Assembly: GCA_034226945.1 (NCBI GenBank)
Contig: CP120460.1
Location: 186,001-250,000 of the forward strand
Length of the DNA: 64,000 nucleotides
Reading direction: 5' to 3'
DNA from: Picochlorum sp. SENEW3
Taxonomy: Eukaryota
In this document: piece by piece, positions 14,892 through 26,000 of the stretch
How positions within the stretch are numbered: the stretch's first letter is position 1
Layout of the letters: every line of letters begins with the position of its first letter
Translations under genes and position numbers: made by a program
Notes under the pieces: generated by a model
Told to the model about the DNA's origin: nothing
Seen by the model: the letters and a program-made list of their open reading frames with translations, nothing else
Database searches by the model: none

Positions 14892-16301
14892 ATGAACGAC
14901 GAAGGAGGTGTTTTGAGTGAGGGGGAACAGGCCATTGCGCAAGTCATGGTGAGTGACCTGTTCCACACCCACAAGGAGTGTGCATCAACTGAGCGCGACA
15001 GTAGCGACAGTAGCGACCTGGATACAAACGCTAAGCCAAAGAATGCCAAGATGAAACACCGCCGGTCCGTAAAGGGGGCTGCGGCGGGTTCGAAGGTGCC
15101 TTTGCACGTACCACAGAGTGTTTCAAAATCCAAGGCTATGAGAGCCGTGCTTGCGAGCAAATGCGATGAGTCACTGCATCCTATAATTCGTATGGGTTGG
15201 AAACCTTTGTGTTCGGTCACATGCAATGGCTTAGATGGCGTGTTTTGGGGAGGTCACGATAGGGATGTGTATATCCAATGCACGAGTGCACCATATGCTG
15301 GATTGCCATTGACTGATGTGTCCTATGGAGGTTGTATGATGTCTTGCAGCCATTTCGAGCGCTTGGCTGGAAGAGAATTAAGTAAAAAGTGGAAAGAAAG
15401 TATCCATGTTGTGGAGGAGAGTGGAGGTTCAAGGATGACTGTGCTGAAGTGGTTGAAGGAGCAGACCAGGGTCAAGTATGGGTCTGATGTTGTAGGCAAG
15501 CACGTATGGGTATGCTGGTGTTCGGATGCTCGATTCTATCATGGCACCGTGGTTGGATATAACCCTTCGACAGGCAAGCATGCAATCAAGTACAGCGCTG
15601 GTGTTACAGAAGAGCTGCATCTGCCAATGGAACAGATTGATTTGGGTCCATCGGAGCCTCATGTGGATTCTACCGTTGTATCCCCGACGAATCGCGTTGT
15701 TGTGCCCAACCCTGTGTGGAATCAGAACTCTGACGTGTCGATGAACATGTCGATGGAGGAACTTCAGTGTCCAAACTCAGCTGGGCCAACAGCCCTGGCA
15801 GGATTGGTGAGGGCCAGAGCACAAATGCAAGATGAGTCCTGCATGCCCAAATCTCCTCCACCAAAGAGAACGCTCTCTCCACCAGAGGCCTTGCTGCAGC
15901 GCATTACAGAAACGTATATAGATGCTGAGGCTTCGCATGTCGTGGCTGAGAAAATCGAGCCACCTCCCACTGACACAGATCTGGTAGAGAGCGATGGAGC
16001 TGCTGCAAAATGGATGCACCACATTGCTCTTGCACTCAATACAGAGATCCAAGAAGCAATTATACATAGTAACATGCCCTCGGATATGAAGAATGATTTG
16101 GGGGATCACCCATCCACACAGTTTCAGGCCTTGCTGGCCCTGGCCACCCCAGACCAACGCCAAGGTATATTTGTGGCCATGCGTGAATCATATTCATTTC
16201 ATGCATCATCTGACAAAGAATGTCGTCACAAGCTTGCCGCTTTAATGACTGTGATGTTGCGTCAAAATGCTGGCCACTGTGCGCATCATCAGCACGCATG
16301 A
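14892..16301 (+). CDS. SAND-like plus Tudor-like domain protein (putative chromatin/transcription regulator)
   Basis: MSCSHFERLAGRELSKKWKESIHV fits the SAND FE..AG...KxWK.SI motif. VVGKHVWVCW..DARFYHGTVVGYNPSTGKHAIKY...EELHL fits the plant PDS5/MSH6-type Tudor pattern. Confidence 0.75.
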   Translation: MNDEGGVLSEGEQAIAQVMVSDLFHTHKECASTERDSSDSSDLDTNAKPKNAKMKHRRSVKGAAAGSKVPLHVPQSVSKSKAMRAVLASKCDESLHPIIRMGWKPLCSVTCNGLDGVFWGGHDRDVYIQCTSAPYAGLPLTDVSYGGCMMSCSHFERLAGRELSKKWKESIHVVEESGGSRMTVLKWLKEQTRVKYGSDVVGKHVWVCWCSDARFYHGTVVGYNPSTGKHAIKYSAGVTEELHLPMEQIDLGPSEPHVDSTVVSPTNRVVVPNPVWNQNSDVSMNMSMEELQCPNSAGPTALAGLVRARAQMQDESCMPKSPPPKRTLSPPEALLQRITETYIDAEASHVVAEKIEPPPTDTDLVESDGAAAKWMHHIALALNTEIQEAIIHSNMPSDMKNDLGDHPSTQFQALLALATPDQRQGIFVAMRESYSFHASSDKECRHKLAALMTVMLRQNAGHCAHHQHA

Positions 16302-16791
16302 TACTCAGAAATGCCATGTACATAGTTTGCATATTCATAGATATTTTTTCTGTTCTGTGGTATTTTGATACCATTTCCATGTAAATCGATACTAAAGTCT
16401 CTTATCCTGTAAACATAGTATATATGCCTGAGATTGATTCTTCGGAGCCATCATCAACACATTGATATCGATGGTGTACTTGCATGCCATGTCCTGCAGA
16501 AGATTCCCCGTCTATCGGCGGACCTGCGTATCTTGGCCATGAAGATGAATTGCGCAGCCAGCGACGCATCCGGAAAACATAAATAACATTCAATTGTGCT
16601 ATAAAATGTTGTATTCGACAGTCTATGAGCGTCGCTAGGGTACAACATTAGTCAGACAAAACGACTAGTCAGAAAGGGGAGCGGTAAGCAATAATCTCTC
16701 CCCCTGTTCACTACAATACCATTGTATCTCTGATGAATAAAGTCAACGACATAGGATATGCTACGATTCGACAACTATCCCGTAATTGGAC

Positions 16792-17897
16792 ATGGTACGC
16801 CGCGTATTCCGCTGAAAGAGCTCACATATTTCTCTTGCACTTCTTACTTGCCATGCATCGTGTCAATTTCTACTATAATTTGATTGCAGAGTAATTTCCT
16901 GAGGAACTGGGGAGCATGGAGTGGAAGGGGAGCCTCCACCGTGGGCCCCCTGCTCGGTTTCGAAAGGGACGAAGAGGAGGAGTTCCAATTGGCAGTCTCT
17001 AGCGCACGATTACATTCAAGCCGACGAGTGGATCCAGCATTATTCTTTGTACTGACATTATTCATGATGACAGGATGGAAGCGAGTGTACGGTGCAGGGC
17101 ATCCCAATGAAATGCCATTTATGGTTCTCGCTGGAATTGTCTATGCATGCTGTACCCTACTGTATGCCAAACGAGGCCAACCTGGGGGCTTACTGGACTT
17201 TTTACAAGTCAAACTGAGAATTAAGATGCATATTTTTACATATGTACTGGCGATGTGTCTGTTCTGTCGCCATATCGCCCTGCCAAATATGGGAGCCTGC
17301 AGCCCCTTTGTGCCAGAGTACTCTGCCCTCGAGGCATTGGTGGTCTACTTGCTATGGTCCGCGACATATCCAGTTATGGCAGCTATTCCTCTTCGATATT
17401 CAATAGTTATACAGACAATAGCATTTTTTGGTCTTGATAGAGCCTCTGCAAAAGAGTGTGACATGGGAGACGTGTGTGCAAGGACAGATGAAATGTATAA
17501 TGTGTACATGCTGGCCGTGAAGAATTTCACCTCCATCCTCCCATGCATGTTTCCACCGCAGGTGCAATCAATAGCCTTTGACTGCAGGGTCGTGATGGGA
17601 TTTTTAAAGGTGCGGTTGTGTGTATTCTTGACATTGTGGACACTATTCTGACAGGATATCTTGCCTGCTGTGCAGCTCTTTATTGTGGTAGGGCTCTCTG
17701 CGTACCTGACATATAGGTATGAACTCAACTCAAGGATAATATATGCATTGGAGAATGGAAAGGTTCAGATACTGTACGATCTGAGCAAAAAGAAATCCTA
17801 TAGTTGGCAGCTTGTTTTAGAACTGTTTATGATGTGTGTTTTATCCTGGCATATAGCATGTATCTCCCAGCAATTCTTCCTCGGACTGCTCGTGTAG
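16792..17897 (+). CDS. Multi-pass membrane protein of unknown function
   Basis: Several hydrophobic helices in ORFs 16884-17651 and 17661-17897, joined by intron 17610-17675. The start is probably an ATG immediately followed by intron 16795-16889. Confidence 0.6.
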
Positions 17898-18358
17898 TAG
17901 TAGGTGATGATGGTGACCGTCAGAGTATGGAAAGAAGAAAGAAAGGATCAAGTACTAACTCTTTGTTCTGAGTGGTGGCTGCGTCATGTTGCTCCTGTGT
18001 GGAAGAAGCATGTGCACAAAGAGGGTTTGCTAGCCAGTAGTAGTAGTTATTGAAATTATTCCAACCATCTTGACCCCGAAAGATTGTATCTATTTATTTT
18101 TAGAGTTTCCATGTAGAGAATTGCGCTTCTTATCCCAACAAGGATACACATGTCGTCAATTCTGGGGAACTGTAGAGAAAATGTACGTTGCCATCTCGAT
18201 ATACATATATGGCATTCTCGTAACATTTTTGACAATAAATGTAGGCATATTTTAAATTAGAACAAGAATCATCGGTTCACGAGCACAAGAAACAGCTGGA
18301 AAAGGATGGGAAACTTTCAAACCGTACTGTGAAACGGTTGGGGACGGGGACAGAGCGC

Positions 18359-19000
18359 ATGGTTGCCTCAGAGAATGTCTATGAAACTCTTGCAGAGATT
18401 TTACAGGCTGAGGCACGCGTCCATGTGCCCAATATGGCATCAATCGAGAGGAAGGTCAAAGCCCTTCCAATGCCTTTGACTCCAGAGGAACTGGACGAAT
18501 TTAAACGATCGTGGATGTCCCGAAACCATGCATATTCACCGGGAAAGCTACAAATTAGTGCTCGAGGGAGATATGAAGAGATTTTCAGGGCGATTGAGAA
18601 AGTGTCCACGGCGGAGGAGGGGACACCCACCACCAAACTCAGTCTCCATCAGGCAAAGTCACGGGAGCTTGCGCAACGCGCATACGCTGTTGGGGTGCGT
18701 TCGTTGGTATACGGTTCATTAGGGTTGAGTGCGTTTGTTGCCGTGTCGGGTGTAGCTGCGATGAAGTACTTTGATGTCTATTCAGTGGCAGACTTGAAAT
18801 TGTTGGTAGAGTCTACAAGCACACCTTTCTTAGCAGCACTCAAGGAGAGGGCTGTGCCGATAAAAGAGTCGCTGCATGCGTACGTGAGAGAATATATCGG
18901 TCCGGGAATCTCCACACCAGAGGAGGGTGGACACATTGTTCGGCGACAGGCAACTGAATTAGAGCTGCGGCTCAAAGATTTGTATTCTTCCCGAAAATAA
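18359..19000 (+). CDS. Uncharacterised membrane protein, weakly TMEM242/DUF1358-like
   Basis: Open 213-codon frame with one TM segment (RSLVYGSLGLSAFVAVSGVAAMKYFDVYSVADLK). The family call is tentative and the start is uncertain. Confidence 0.6.
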   Translation: MVASENVYETLAEILQAEARVHVPNMASIERKVKALPMPLTPEELDEFKRSWMSRNHAYSPGKLQISARGRYEEIFRAIEKVSTAEEGTPTTKLSLHQAKSRELAQRAYAVGVRSLVYGSLGLSAFVAVSGVAAMKYFDVYSVADLKLLVESTSTPFLAALKERAVPIKESLHAYVREYIGPGISTPEEGGHIVRRQATELELRLKDLYSSRK

Positions 19001-19079
19001 TAATCTTCCATTTACATTCAATATGAAGGTATATTTTGTTTTGATTTAAGAAAATCATCTAGATATCTATAGAACCCAT

Positions 19080-20051
19080 TTACTGGTAGTATGGGAGGAT
19101 CTGGGTGCACACGTATCCCCATGCAACTCCAGCCAGACCTCCAACAGTCCATCCAGCGGCAAACTTGGACCATCCCTCAGAGGTCTGGAGTGGATCACGC
19201 TGGATGTTACGTCCAGACAAGGTCTTGACTCCAACCTGTGGGACCTCATTTTGGAATGTCACCTGTCCATACATGGAGAGGCACATGGTCAAAATCAACA
19301 CCAGACCAGCAGCAGACAAGCATCCAGCAATCTCTGCAGCGTTTCCAGAAGCTCCGGCAAAGTCACGCAATGGTCCGAGCTTGATGAACGGTCCGACGAC
19401 CAAGAATCCATGGGCAAGACCAATCTCAACACCTCTGAGGAGTGGTGACACTCCGGTGCGGTATGCTGGGAGGTTGGACAAGTAGCTTGCGACGAGTGGA
19501 GAAGAGGTCACTGGAGTCTCGAGCATTCCAATGAATGGATCTCCATTGATTGGCTGGATAACCTACACAACGACAGGAGACACGGGAGTGAGGCGATGTA
19601 TTATTCCTATCAAACGTATGTCTGGACCGGACAAAGGGATAGATCGAGGCATGACTGATTGCAAAATCTGAGACCAATCCATTGTCCAGCATCACCTCGG
19701 CGACGAAATCCATCGGTCCATTCGCGGCACCTCGCAGCCTCGACCTCTCTTGTACTCATTCAATGTCACATATGTGACACTAATGCAACCCTGTACCCAA
19801 AAGGGGGCAACTACGTCGAGAAAGCGAGGGTGTCTCGATGGCAACATTTCATCATTCGTCGCCTCAACCTATCCCAAGCACTGCAGTCACCAATCCCACG
19901 TGTCTGATCTATAAATACAAACACATACCTGATCCTTATCAGCAGCAGCACGGACTGGGACACGTGCAGCGCGGGACACTCTGCTGGTCTTGGCAGCAGA
20001 GAATCCCTGCACACGGCCTGTGAATGGTGTAGCAATGAGAGCGGTAGACAT
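19080..20051 (-). CDS. psaL: Photosystem I subunit XI with plastid transit peptide
   Basis: Exon 1 [17 protein letters not shown] splices across intron 19563-19928 to [42 protein letters not shown]. Confidence 0.97.
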
Positions 20052-20268
20052 TTTTGGTCAATTGTTAAATGTAGAATCGAAATTAGACTGGATTTACGTG
20101 GCACAATGGGTTCATGATGAACGTACATCCTATGTATCGTCCTTCTCCCGAATAGTTTGTCCACTCATGAATCTCTCCAGAATATCATCAGTCCAGTGAT
20201 GGCAGCAGTTGTTCTACTCCACACGATCAACGTCACAAAAGAATACCTTACATCTTCTTCAAAATCAC

Positions 20269-21042
20269 TCAATTCCAATCATCAACGCCGAGGAGGCGAT
20301 TTCTAATAAACTCTCTGTCCTGTTGACTGAGATACAAGAAGGCTTCAGAGGGAAGCGAATCAAATACTGAGAAATGCCTATCATCCAAGACATCAAACGT
20401 TGCAGCACGAATAGCATCCTTGTTTGGTCCACACGGACGAATACTGGTCAAATACTCATAGGCTTGCTCCAGATTCATATCTGTATGCCAGAATAGTGAG
20501 GCTATGGCGACTGCAGGACTTCTCCCCAAACCAGCTGTGCAATGGAGGTATACTCGTCCCATTTTCCGCACCTGTTGCAAACGAGCGACTGCTTGCGGCA
20601 GTGTCCGTCTCAACGAATGAGGATCAAAATCAACGGCTTCGACCCTAACATACTCAATGCCCAGGGCTGCAGCAGCTCGTTGCAGTTCCTCCCCATCCAC
20701 ACTCCAATACGCCATATCCTTATCCTGCTGCATGTTATAAATAACCTTCACAGCTTCATGTTCATGAAGATGTTGAATATCCTCAGCATTTTGAGGTTGA
20801 CTGCCTACAATCAAGTCTGATTCGACATGGTGATAATACAACCCGAAATCAGGGTCGTACGAATACGGGTTCTCAACCTGCTTCCATCCCATACGTTCTT
20901 GCATTTCTTCGTTGTACTGCTTCATGCGAGATATTGTGGCCACTGATGGCTCCTCCATGGCCCGGCACGCGAGGCGCTGTGCTCTGCATTGCAGCAGAGG
21001 TGCTGTCGCTAGGCAGCGAGCAGCGTTTGGTGTTTTCAACAT
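20269..21042 (-). CDS. Phosphoglucan phosphatase, LSF2-like dual-specificity phosphatase without CBM
   Basis: LIVGSQPQ, DFDPHSLR, catalytic VYLHCTAGLGRSP, RPCGPNKDAIRAAT; transit-peptide-like N-terminus. Confidence 0.9.
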   Translation of the reverse strand: MLKTPNAARCLATAPLLQCRAQRLACRAMEEPSVATISRMKQYNEEMQERMGWKQVENPYSYDPDFGLYYHHVESDLIVGSQPQNAEDIQHLHEHEAVKVIYNMQQDKDMAYWSVDGEELQRAAAALGIEYVRVEAVDFDPHSLRRTLPQAVARLQQVRKMGRVYLHCTAGLGRSPAVAIASLFWHTDMNLEQAYEYLTSIRPCGPNKDAIRAATFDVLDDRHFSVFDSLPSEAFLYLSQQDREFIRNRLLGVDDWN

Positions 21043-21317
21043 CTTGCACTCGAAACAATATGAAATAATTGAAAGAATTAAATATACAAAAAATTAAAGA
21101 ATTGTTAGACTATTCGGAGGGAGGCGTGCTCGAGGGTTTCAATACCGAGGGTAGACCTGAAGCAACGACAGCCCCACGTTGGGATTAAAAAAGGCGCCAT
21201 TCTCAAATCTCTGGAGGATACAGGATACATGATGCAGGTGCAGCCTGGGCGATAACATCGGTGACCCATCTGGCCTGACCTTTTCTGCACTTGCCTGTTG
21301 GATGGATGGATGGAGTG

Positions 21318-22262
21318 TTATTTCATCACACTCGAATACCATGCCAGTCCGATGGACACAAGGATACTTGCTGCTATGACATATCTATTCCTCAGATATT
21401 TTGGTGGGCTGTAGCTGTCCCAGAACTCTTCATCCCAAGTCTTTTTCCTCTTCTCAATCTTTTTAATCTTAGGCCGAATAGGCCTATTAGATTTGGTCTG
21501 GTTCCTATCGATATCATCGAGAACGGGGATGCTGACCTTTTCCTCGGGACTCAGCTCTAATTTTGGCGCTTCCATAATGTACCGTAAACTCGCAGCTTGT
21601 TTGCGCATAGACGGTAAAGGATGCGTACTTTCCACATTTTTATAGACTGCGATACAGTCTTCTTCCCGTCCACACGCCTGTAAGGCCAACGCCAACCACA
21701 ACTGGATTTCTCCTCCCAGAGGAGACAAGGGTCCCTCCGCCTCCAAGGCTTGCTCAAGTGCTTTCAGCGAGTCATTATACATGCCCCTTTCGTAGTATTC
21801 TTTTCCTGCACGAAACATGGTGTTCTTCATATTCTTTTCCTGCTCCAACTCCTCTCCACGCTGTGCCAACTTGTCCCTAATCTTTTCAATATACTCTTCT
21901 GACAATGCTGTCCTCATGGCTGCCACGCTATCAAATCCAAGCTCTTTAGATAAAACTATGTCTTCATCGATACCTCGTTGGACTTCTCGATGGAAATTCC
22001 TGGCTGCATCATCCAAGAGAATGTTATTGGATGGACTTGCATCCACATCATTCAACCCTACAGAACGCCCTCCTGGGGTCGACCGAGCCCCATCACCGGT
22101 TCTCACGAAACGCGTGTTTGACGGTCTACAGATAGGGGTTCGATAGAGAGACAGAGATCGCCCAGCATTACAGCCAGGCCCTGCCAGGGCTGCCCCTCGG
22201 TTTGAAAGTAGGGAACAACAACGCCCACCACCAACGTTTGCTTGTCGCCACCAGCCATGCAT
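21318..22262 (-). CDS. Uncharacterised plastid-type TPR-like protein with C-terminal TM anchor
   Basis: GKEYYERGMY..SLKALEQAL..LGGEIQLWLALALQACG, HP....RKQA..LRYIMEAPKL; hydrophobic C-terminus. Confidence 0.75.
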   Translation of the reverse strand: MHGWWRQANVGGGRCCSLLSNRGAALAGPGCNAGRSLSLYRTPICRPSNTRFVRTGDGARSTPGGRSVGLNDVDASPSNNILLDDAARNFHREVQRGIDEDIVLSKELGFDSVAAMRTALSEEYIEKIRDKLAQRGEELEQEKNMKNTMFRAGKEYYERGMYNDSLKALEQALEAEGPLSPLGGEIQLWLALALQACGREEDCIAVYKNVESTHPLPSMRKQAASLRYIMEAPKLELSPEEKVSIPVLDDIDRNQTKSNRPIRPKIKKIEKRKKTWDEEFWDSYSPPKYLRNRYVIAASILVSIGLAWYSSVMK

Positions 22263-22537
22263 TTTTATTGTAATGTTTCGCCTATCTTTTTGTCCAGTTG
22301 CATTCAGAATGCCTTGGCTGACATTCAAATCTGGTTCCAGCAATACTCCACTCGATCAACAATTTCTACCCAATTGTGGTACCCAAGTTGATGATTGTTG
22401 CATCTGATACAAAAAAAATTGAGAAAAAAATACGAATTTTGGTGAGAGTGCATGGAATACCAACAGCGTGCAAAAAAATGAAGACGTTTCTTGTTAAAGA
22501 AGTTGGGGCCCTTTCGCCAATCACCACATCTCATTCA

Positions 22538-23570
22538 TCATGATGGAGGCAAGGTTGCATCACGTAGCAATACTGTTCTGCCCCGCCCTTCTATCCCATC
22601 CAAGCATCTACCCCTATAATGTGCCTGATTGCTTGTCTCTTCCTTGTCAATCACAAATCCATTCTTTGTGTAAAACTCAACGGCAATCTCATTCACGGCC
22701 ATGGTATGCACGAATAACGCGTCTACATTCCATTTCTGAGCGATCTCTCTTGCTTGAGACAGCAATGCTGTGGCTACGCCTCGACGTCGTGCTGCAGATG
22801 CTGTGCAGACATTAGCTAAATAGGCAGCATTGTCTGATGACCCAATCAGTACCTCTCCTGGCATAGCACGGGCTGCGTGGATGTCTAAACTACCAAGAAC
22901 AGTCATCTGTGATCCGTCATCGGGTTCTAAGTAACATAGCTTCTCATCAATATCTGGTATACTATCAGCATGGCATGATGCCATCAATGTGACTGTATCA
23001 CCATCCCTGGGCGATGAGGATATGTGATCTTCTGATCGGAGTCGTCGGTCCAGCCTGAGAGCTTTTAGAGATTTTGATTCTTCTTCAGCAATCATGAGCT
23101 GATGTATCTTCCCAGCGAATTTCCGTTCTTCTGGGTAGGCATGAAAGGACGTTGCTCGTAACCAACTCACACATTCAATATCATCGTCAGTCTCTACAAT
23201 GCTGCATCGCATACGTCGTCAATTTCACTGTTAGTATCACCGTGAGTTTATACTATCACGTAAAGACTATACCATACCGCACGCAAACATCCTGGGCAAT
23301 CGGAGGTTTGTTGGCATCATCCTCATTTTTAGCTGTAGTCCTCATTCTCTCTTGGTGGAAAGAGGATCCTGAGTTCTCCCCCATGTCTCTTTCAGATGAT
23401 ACATGTCTACGTATCGATATTTGTCTACTAATGTTCGATTTGTGTACGAATCGATGGCAAATACTCGTTTGGGGGCGAGCATTTGGGACACGAGTAGACA
23501 TGGCATGTCCCCTGCAAGCATGTTGTGCTGCCATGCTTTGGCTCTTTCCGGCAGATGGTTGCCTATACAT
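22538..23570 (-). CDS. GNAT-family acetyltransferase, probably plastid
   Basis: AYLANVC..ARRRGVA (acetyl-CoA motif), N..AVEFYTKNGF; intron 23202-23277. Confidence 0.88.
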
Positions 23571-23884
23571 ATTTTGATTGGTATTAAAGTATCGTATGGG
23601 TATTATTTGAGTGAAAAATACGCTATATGCGACGGGCATTGTGATACTGAACATGAACGAATTCCGTAAATTAACACTTTACGTCATGAATTGATGAACT
23701 CAGACTGATTCACCATAGAGTCCATTCAAGCCAAAACTGATGAGTCAAATATTTACATACATACATTCTGGGTGCTTACGCTGTTTGGCTGGAGGGTGGT
23801 GCGACTGGATTGAAAGCCTGTGTCGCCGAGATTTTGACAAAGAAACTGTAACCACACAAACGTGTCCTCAGAGGATAGACAGCA

Positions 23885-25945
23885 ATGCCTTGCGCATCAC
23901 ATTCTATGAGTCATTCCACAATGGGTTCATGTTTCATGGATCGATGTGTGGGTGGTGGACGCCCTAGTGTATCACGAACACGATATGGTGTGTCTGTTCA
24001 AGCCACACAAAAGAAACCAGCAATGCGGGATTTATCTCCTCGTGATTCCTCAAAGGTGCTGAAAACGCATGAAACAAGACGAGAACTTGTTCCAATGACG
24101 TACAAAGGGGCTCCTGTGGTGCCTACGACTGTGAAGGAGCAGAAGGAACATAATGCGCCAATGCAGTTTCAGAGGACCATGATGGTGGCTGGCTTTGATG
24201 ACGATGTGAGTGGAACTGAGCTTGCGCAGGATTATAAATATACATGGTCTCAAGATGATTACAGTGAAACAAAAAGGACGATCGATACGTGGAGGTTTGT
24301 GTTGATTTTGAGAAGTAGATTATGGTTGTTGGAGCAGAAGTGGTCATACCCAGGCGGTATGACGGATGAAAAAAAGGCTGCACGTGCTAGAAAATTAGCG
24401 ATTTGGATACGAGAGTCTATTTTACAATTGGGTCCTACATTTATTAAAATTGGACAATTGTTTTCAACAAGGAGCGATTTGTTTCCAGCAGAGTTTGTTG
24501 AAGAGCTTGGGAAATTGCAGGACAAGGTGCCAGCGTTCTCTGCAGAAAAGTCTATTCAGACTATTGAGAGAGAATTGGGCGGAACGGTCGACGAACTGTT
24601 CGCCGAGTTTGATCCCAAACCGATTGCTGCAGCATCACTAGGTCAAGTTCATGTTGCGCGTCTCAAGACTGGAGAAAAGGTTGTTGTCAAGGTTCAGCGC
24701 CCTGGATTGAAGCGCTTGTTTGATATTGACTTGGAGAACCTCCGGGTGGTAGCCACACAGCTCGATAAGGGTGATGAAGGCGATGGGTCTAGAGATTTTG
24801 TAGGTATTTATGAGGAATGTGCGCGTATTTTATACGAAGAGATTGACTATATTAATGAGGGAAAGAATGCAGACAAGTTTAGAAGAAATTTCAAGAATGA
24901 AAGCTGGGTGAAGACACCACGGGTGTTTTGGCAGAGAACGTCGAGCGCTGTGCTGACAATGGAGTACATGCCAGGGCCAAAAATTACAGATTTGAATGCC
25001 ATTACAAATGCTGGACTGGAGGCAAAGCTGGTTGCCAAGAGGGCGACCGAGGCCTATCTGATTCAAATTTTGAAGCATGGGTTTTTTCATGCTGATCCAC
25101 ACCCAGGAAACATTGCCATTGATTCCTCAGGCAACCTGATATTTTATGATTTTGGAATGATGGGACAAATTGTACCGGGTACTCGGGAGCGATTATTGGA
25201 TTTGTTTTATGGAATAGCTCAAAAGGACGTGGATGCAGTCCTTGAGAATCTAACGCTTCTTGGTATCATCACTCCAACGTCCTCTGATACGATTGGAATT
25301 CGTCGCGCTCTCGCATATTTTGTGGATAATATAGGCAGACAAGCACAGGAACAAGAAACTGTCGCGGCGATTGGTGAGGATTTGTTTTCCATTGCTGTAG
25401 ATTCACCTTTCCGCTTCCCTGCAACATTCACATTTGTGCTGAGAGCTTTTGCTACACTTGAGGGTATTGGAAAGACGTTGGATAAGGACTTTTCCTTTGC
25501 AGAGACGGCTGCCCCATATGCACAGGAACTATTAGATCTCAAAGGAGAAAATCAGCAGCAATTTATATTTGATCAATTGACAACCCAAGCCACTGAGGTT
25601 GGTGCCGCAACAGCTGCCATGCCTTTGAGAGTTCAAAAGATTGAAAGCTCCCTGCGTGGCCTGGAACTAGGAGATTGGAAGCCACGAGTCAAAGTATTAG
25701 AATCAGAGAGAGCGGACAGAAGATCAGGCATTTTCCAAGTCGCAATAATTCAGTCTATTGCAAGTATGGGACTCTTCAATGGAGCAATACAGTTTGGATT
25801 ACAGGAAAGAATATTCCCAGCCACAGCACTCATGCTCACGTCGACTGTTCTAGGGGTGTTTGTTCTCCTTGGCATGAGACGAATCAAGCGACTGGACAAA
25901 TTTGAAAAGGGTTTGAAAGGCAAAGGACCTTTCCCTAGCCAATAG
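23885..25945 (+). CDS. ABC1K7: ABC1-like atypical kinase, plastid (ABC1K7/SIA1-like)
   Basis: LGPTFIKIGQ, LQDKVPAF, AAASLGQVH, VVKVQRP, FFHADPHPGN, DFG; N-terminal W...YS..KR.ID.W.F pattern of the K7/K8 clade. Confidence 0.88.
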   Translation: MPCASHSMSHSTMGSCFMDRCVGGGRPSVSRTRYGVSVQATQKKPAMRDLSPRDSSKVLKTHETRRELVPMTYKGAPVVPTTVKEQKEHNAPMQFQRTMMVAGFDDDVSGTELAQDYKYTWSQDDYSETKRTIDTWRFVLILRSRLWLLEQKWSYPGGMTDEKKAARARKLAIWIRESILQLGPTFIKIGQLFSTRSDLFPAEFVEELGKLQDKVPAFSAEKSIQTIERELGGTVDELFAEFDPKPIAAASLGQVHVARLKTGEKVVVKVQRPGLKRLFDIDLENLRVVATQLDKGDEGDGSRDFVGIYEECARILYEEIDYINEGKNADKFRRNFKNESWVKTPRVFWQRTSSAVLTMEYMPGPKITDLNAITNAGLEAKLVAKRATEAYLIQILKHGFFHADPHPGNIAIDSSGNLIFYDFGMMGQIVPGTRERLLDLFYGIAQKDVDAVLENLTLLGIITPTSSDTIGIRRALAYFVDNIGRQAQEQETVAAIGEDLFSIAVDSPFRFPATFTFVLRAFATLEGIGKTLDKDFSFAETAAPYAQELLDLKGENQQQFIFDQLTTQATEVGAATAAMPLRVQKIESSLRGLELGDWKPRVKVLESERADRRSGIFQVAIIQSIASMGLFNGAIQFGLQERIFPATALMLTSTVLGVFVLLGMRRIKRLDKFEKGLKGKGPFPSQ

Positions 25946-26000
25946 TATTGCCAATTGTTTTCAAAGCAGCGTATTTAATAAATAAATACACTGTAATCGA

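Noticed and set aside
16402..16648. Small ORFs between the SAND-Tudor gene and the membrane gene
   Set aside because: Under 65 aa with no motif or convincing splice structure.
17904..17971. GTGATGA...CTGA possible box C/D snoRNA
   Set aside because: No terminal stem and no rRNA antisense element that I could recognise; it sits in a purine-rich 3' UTR.
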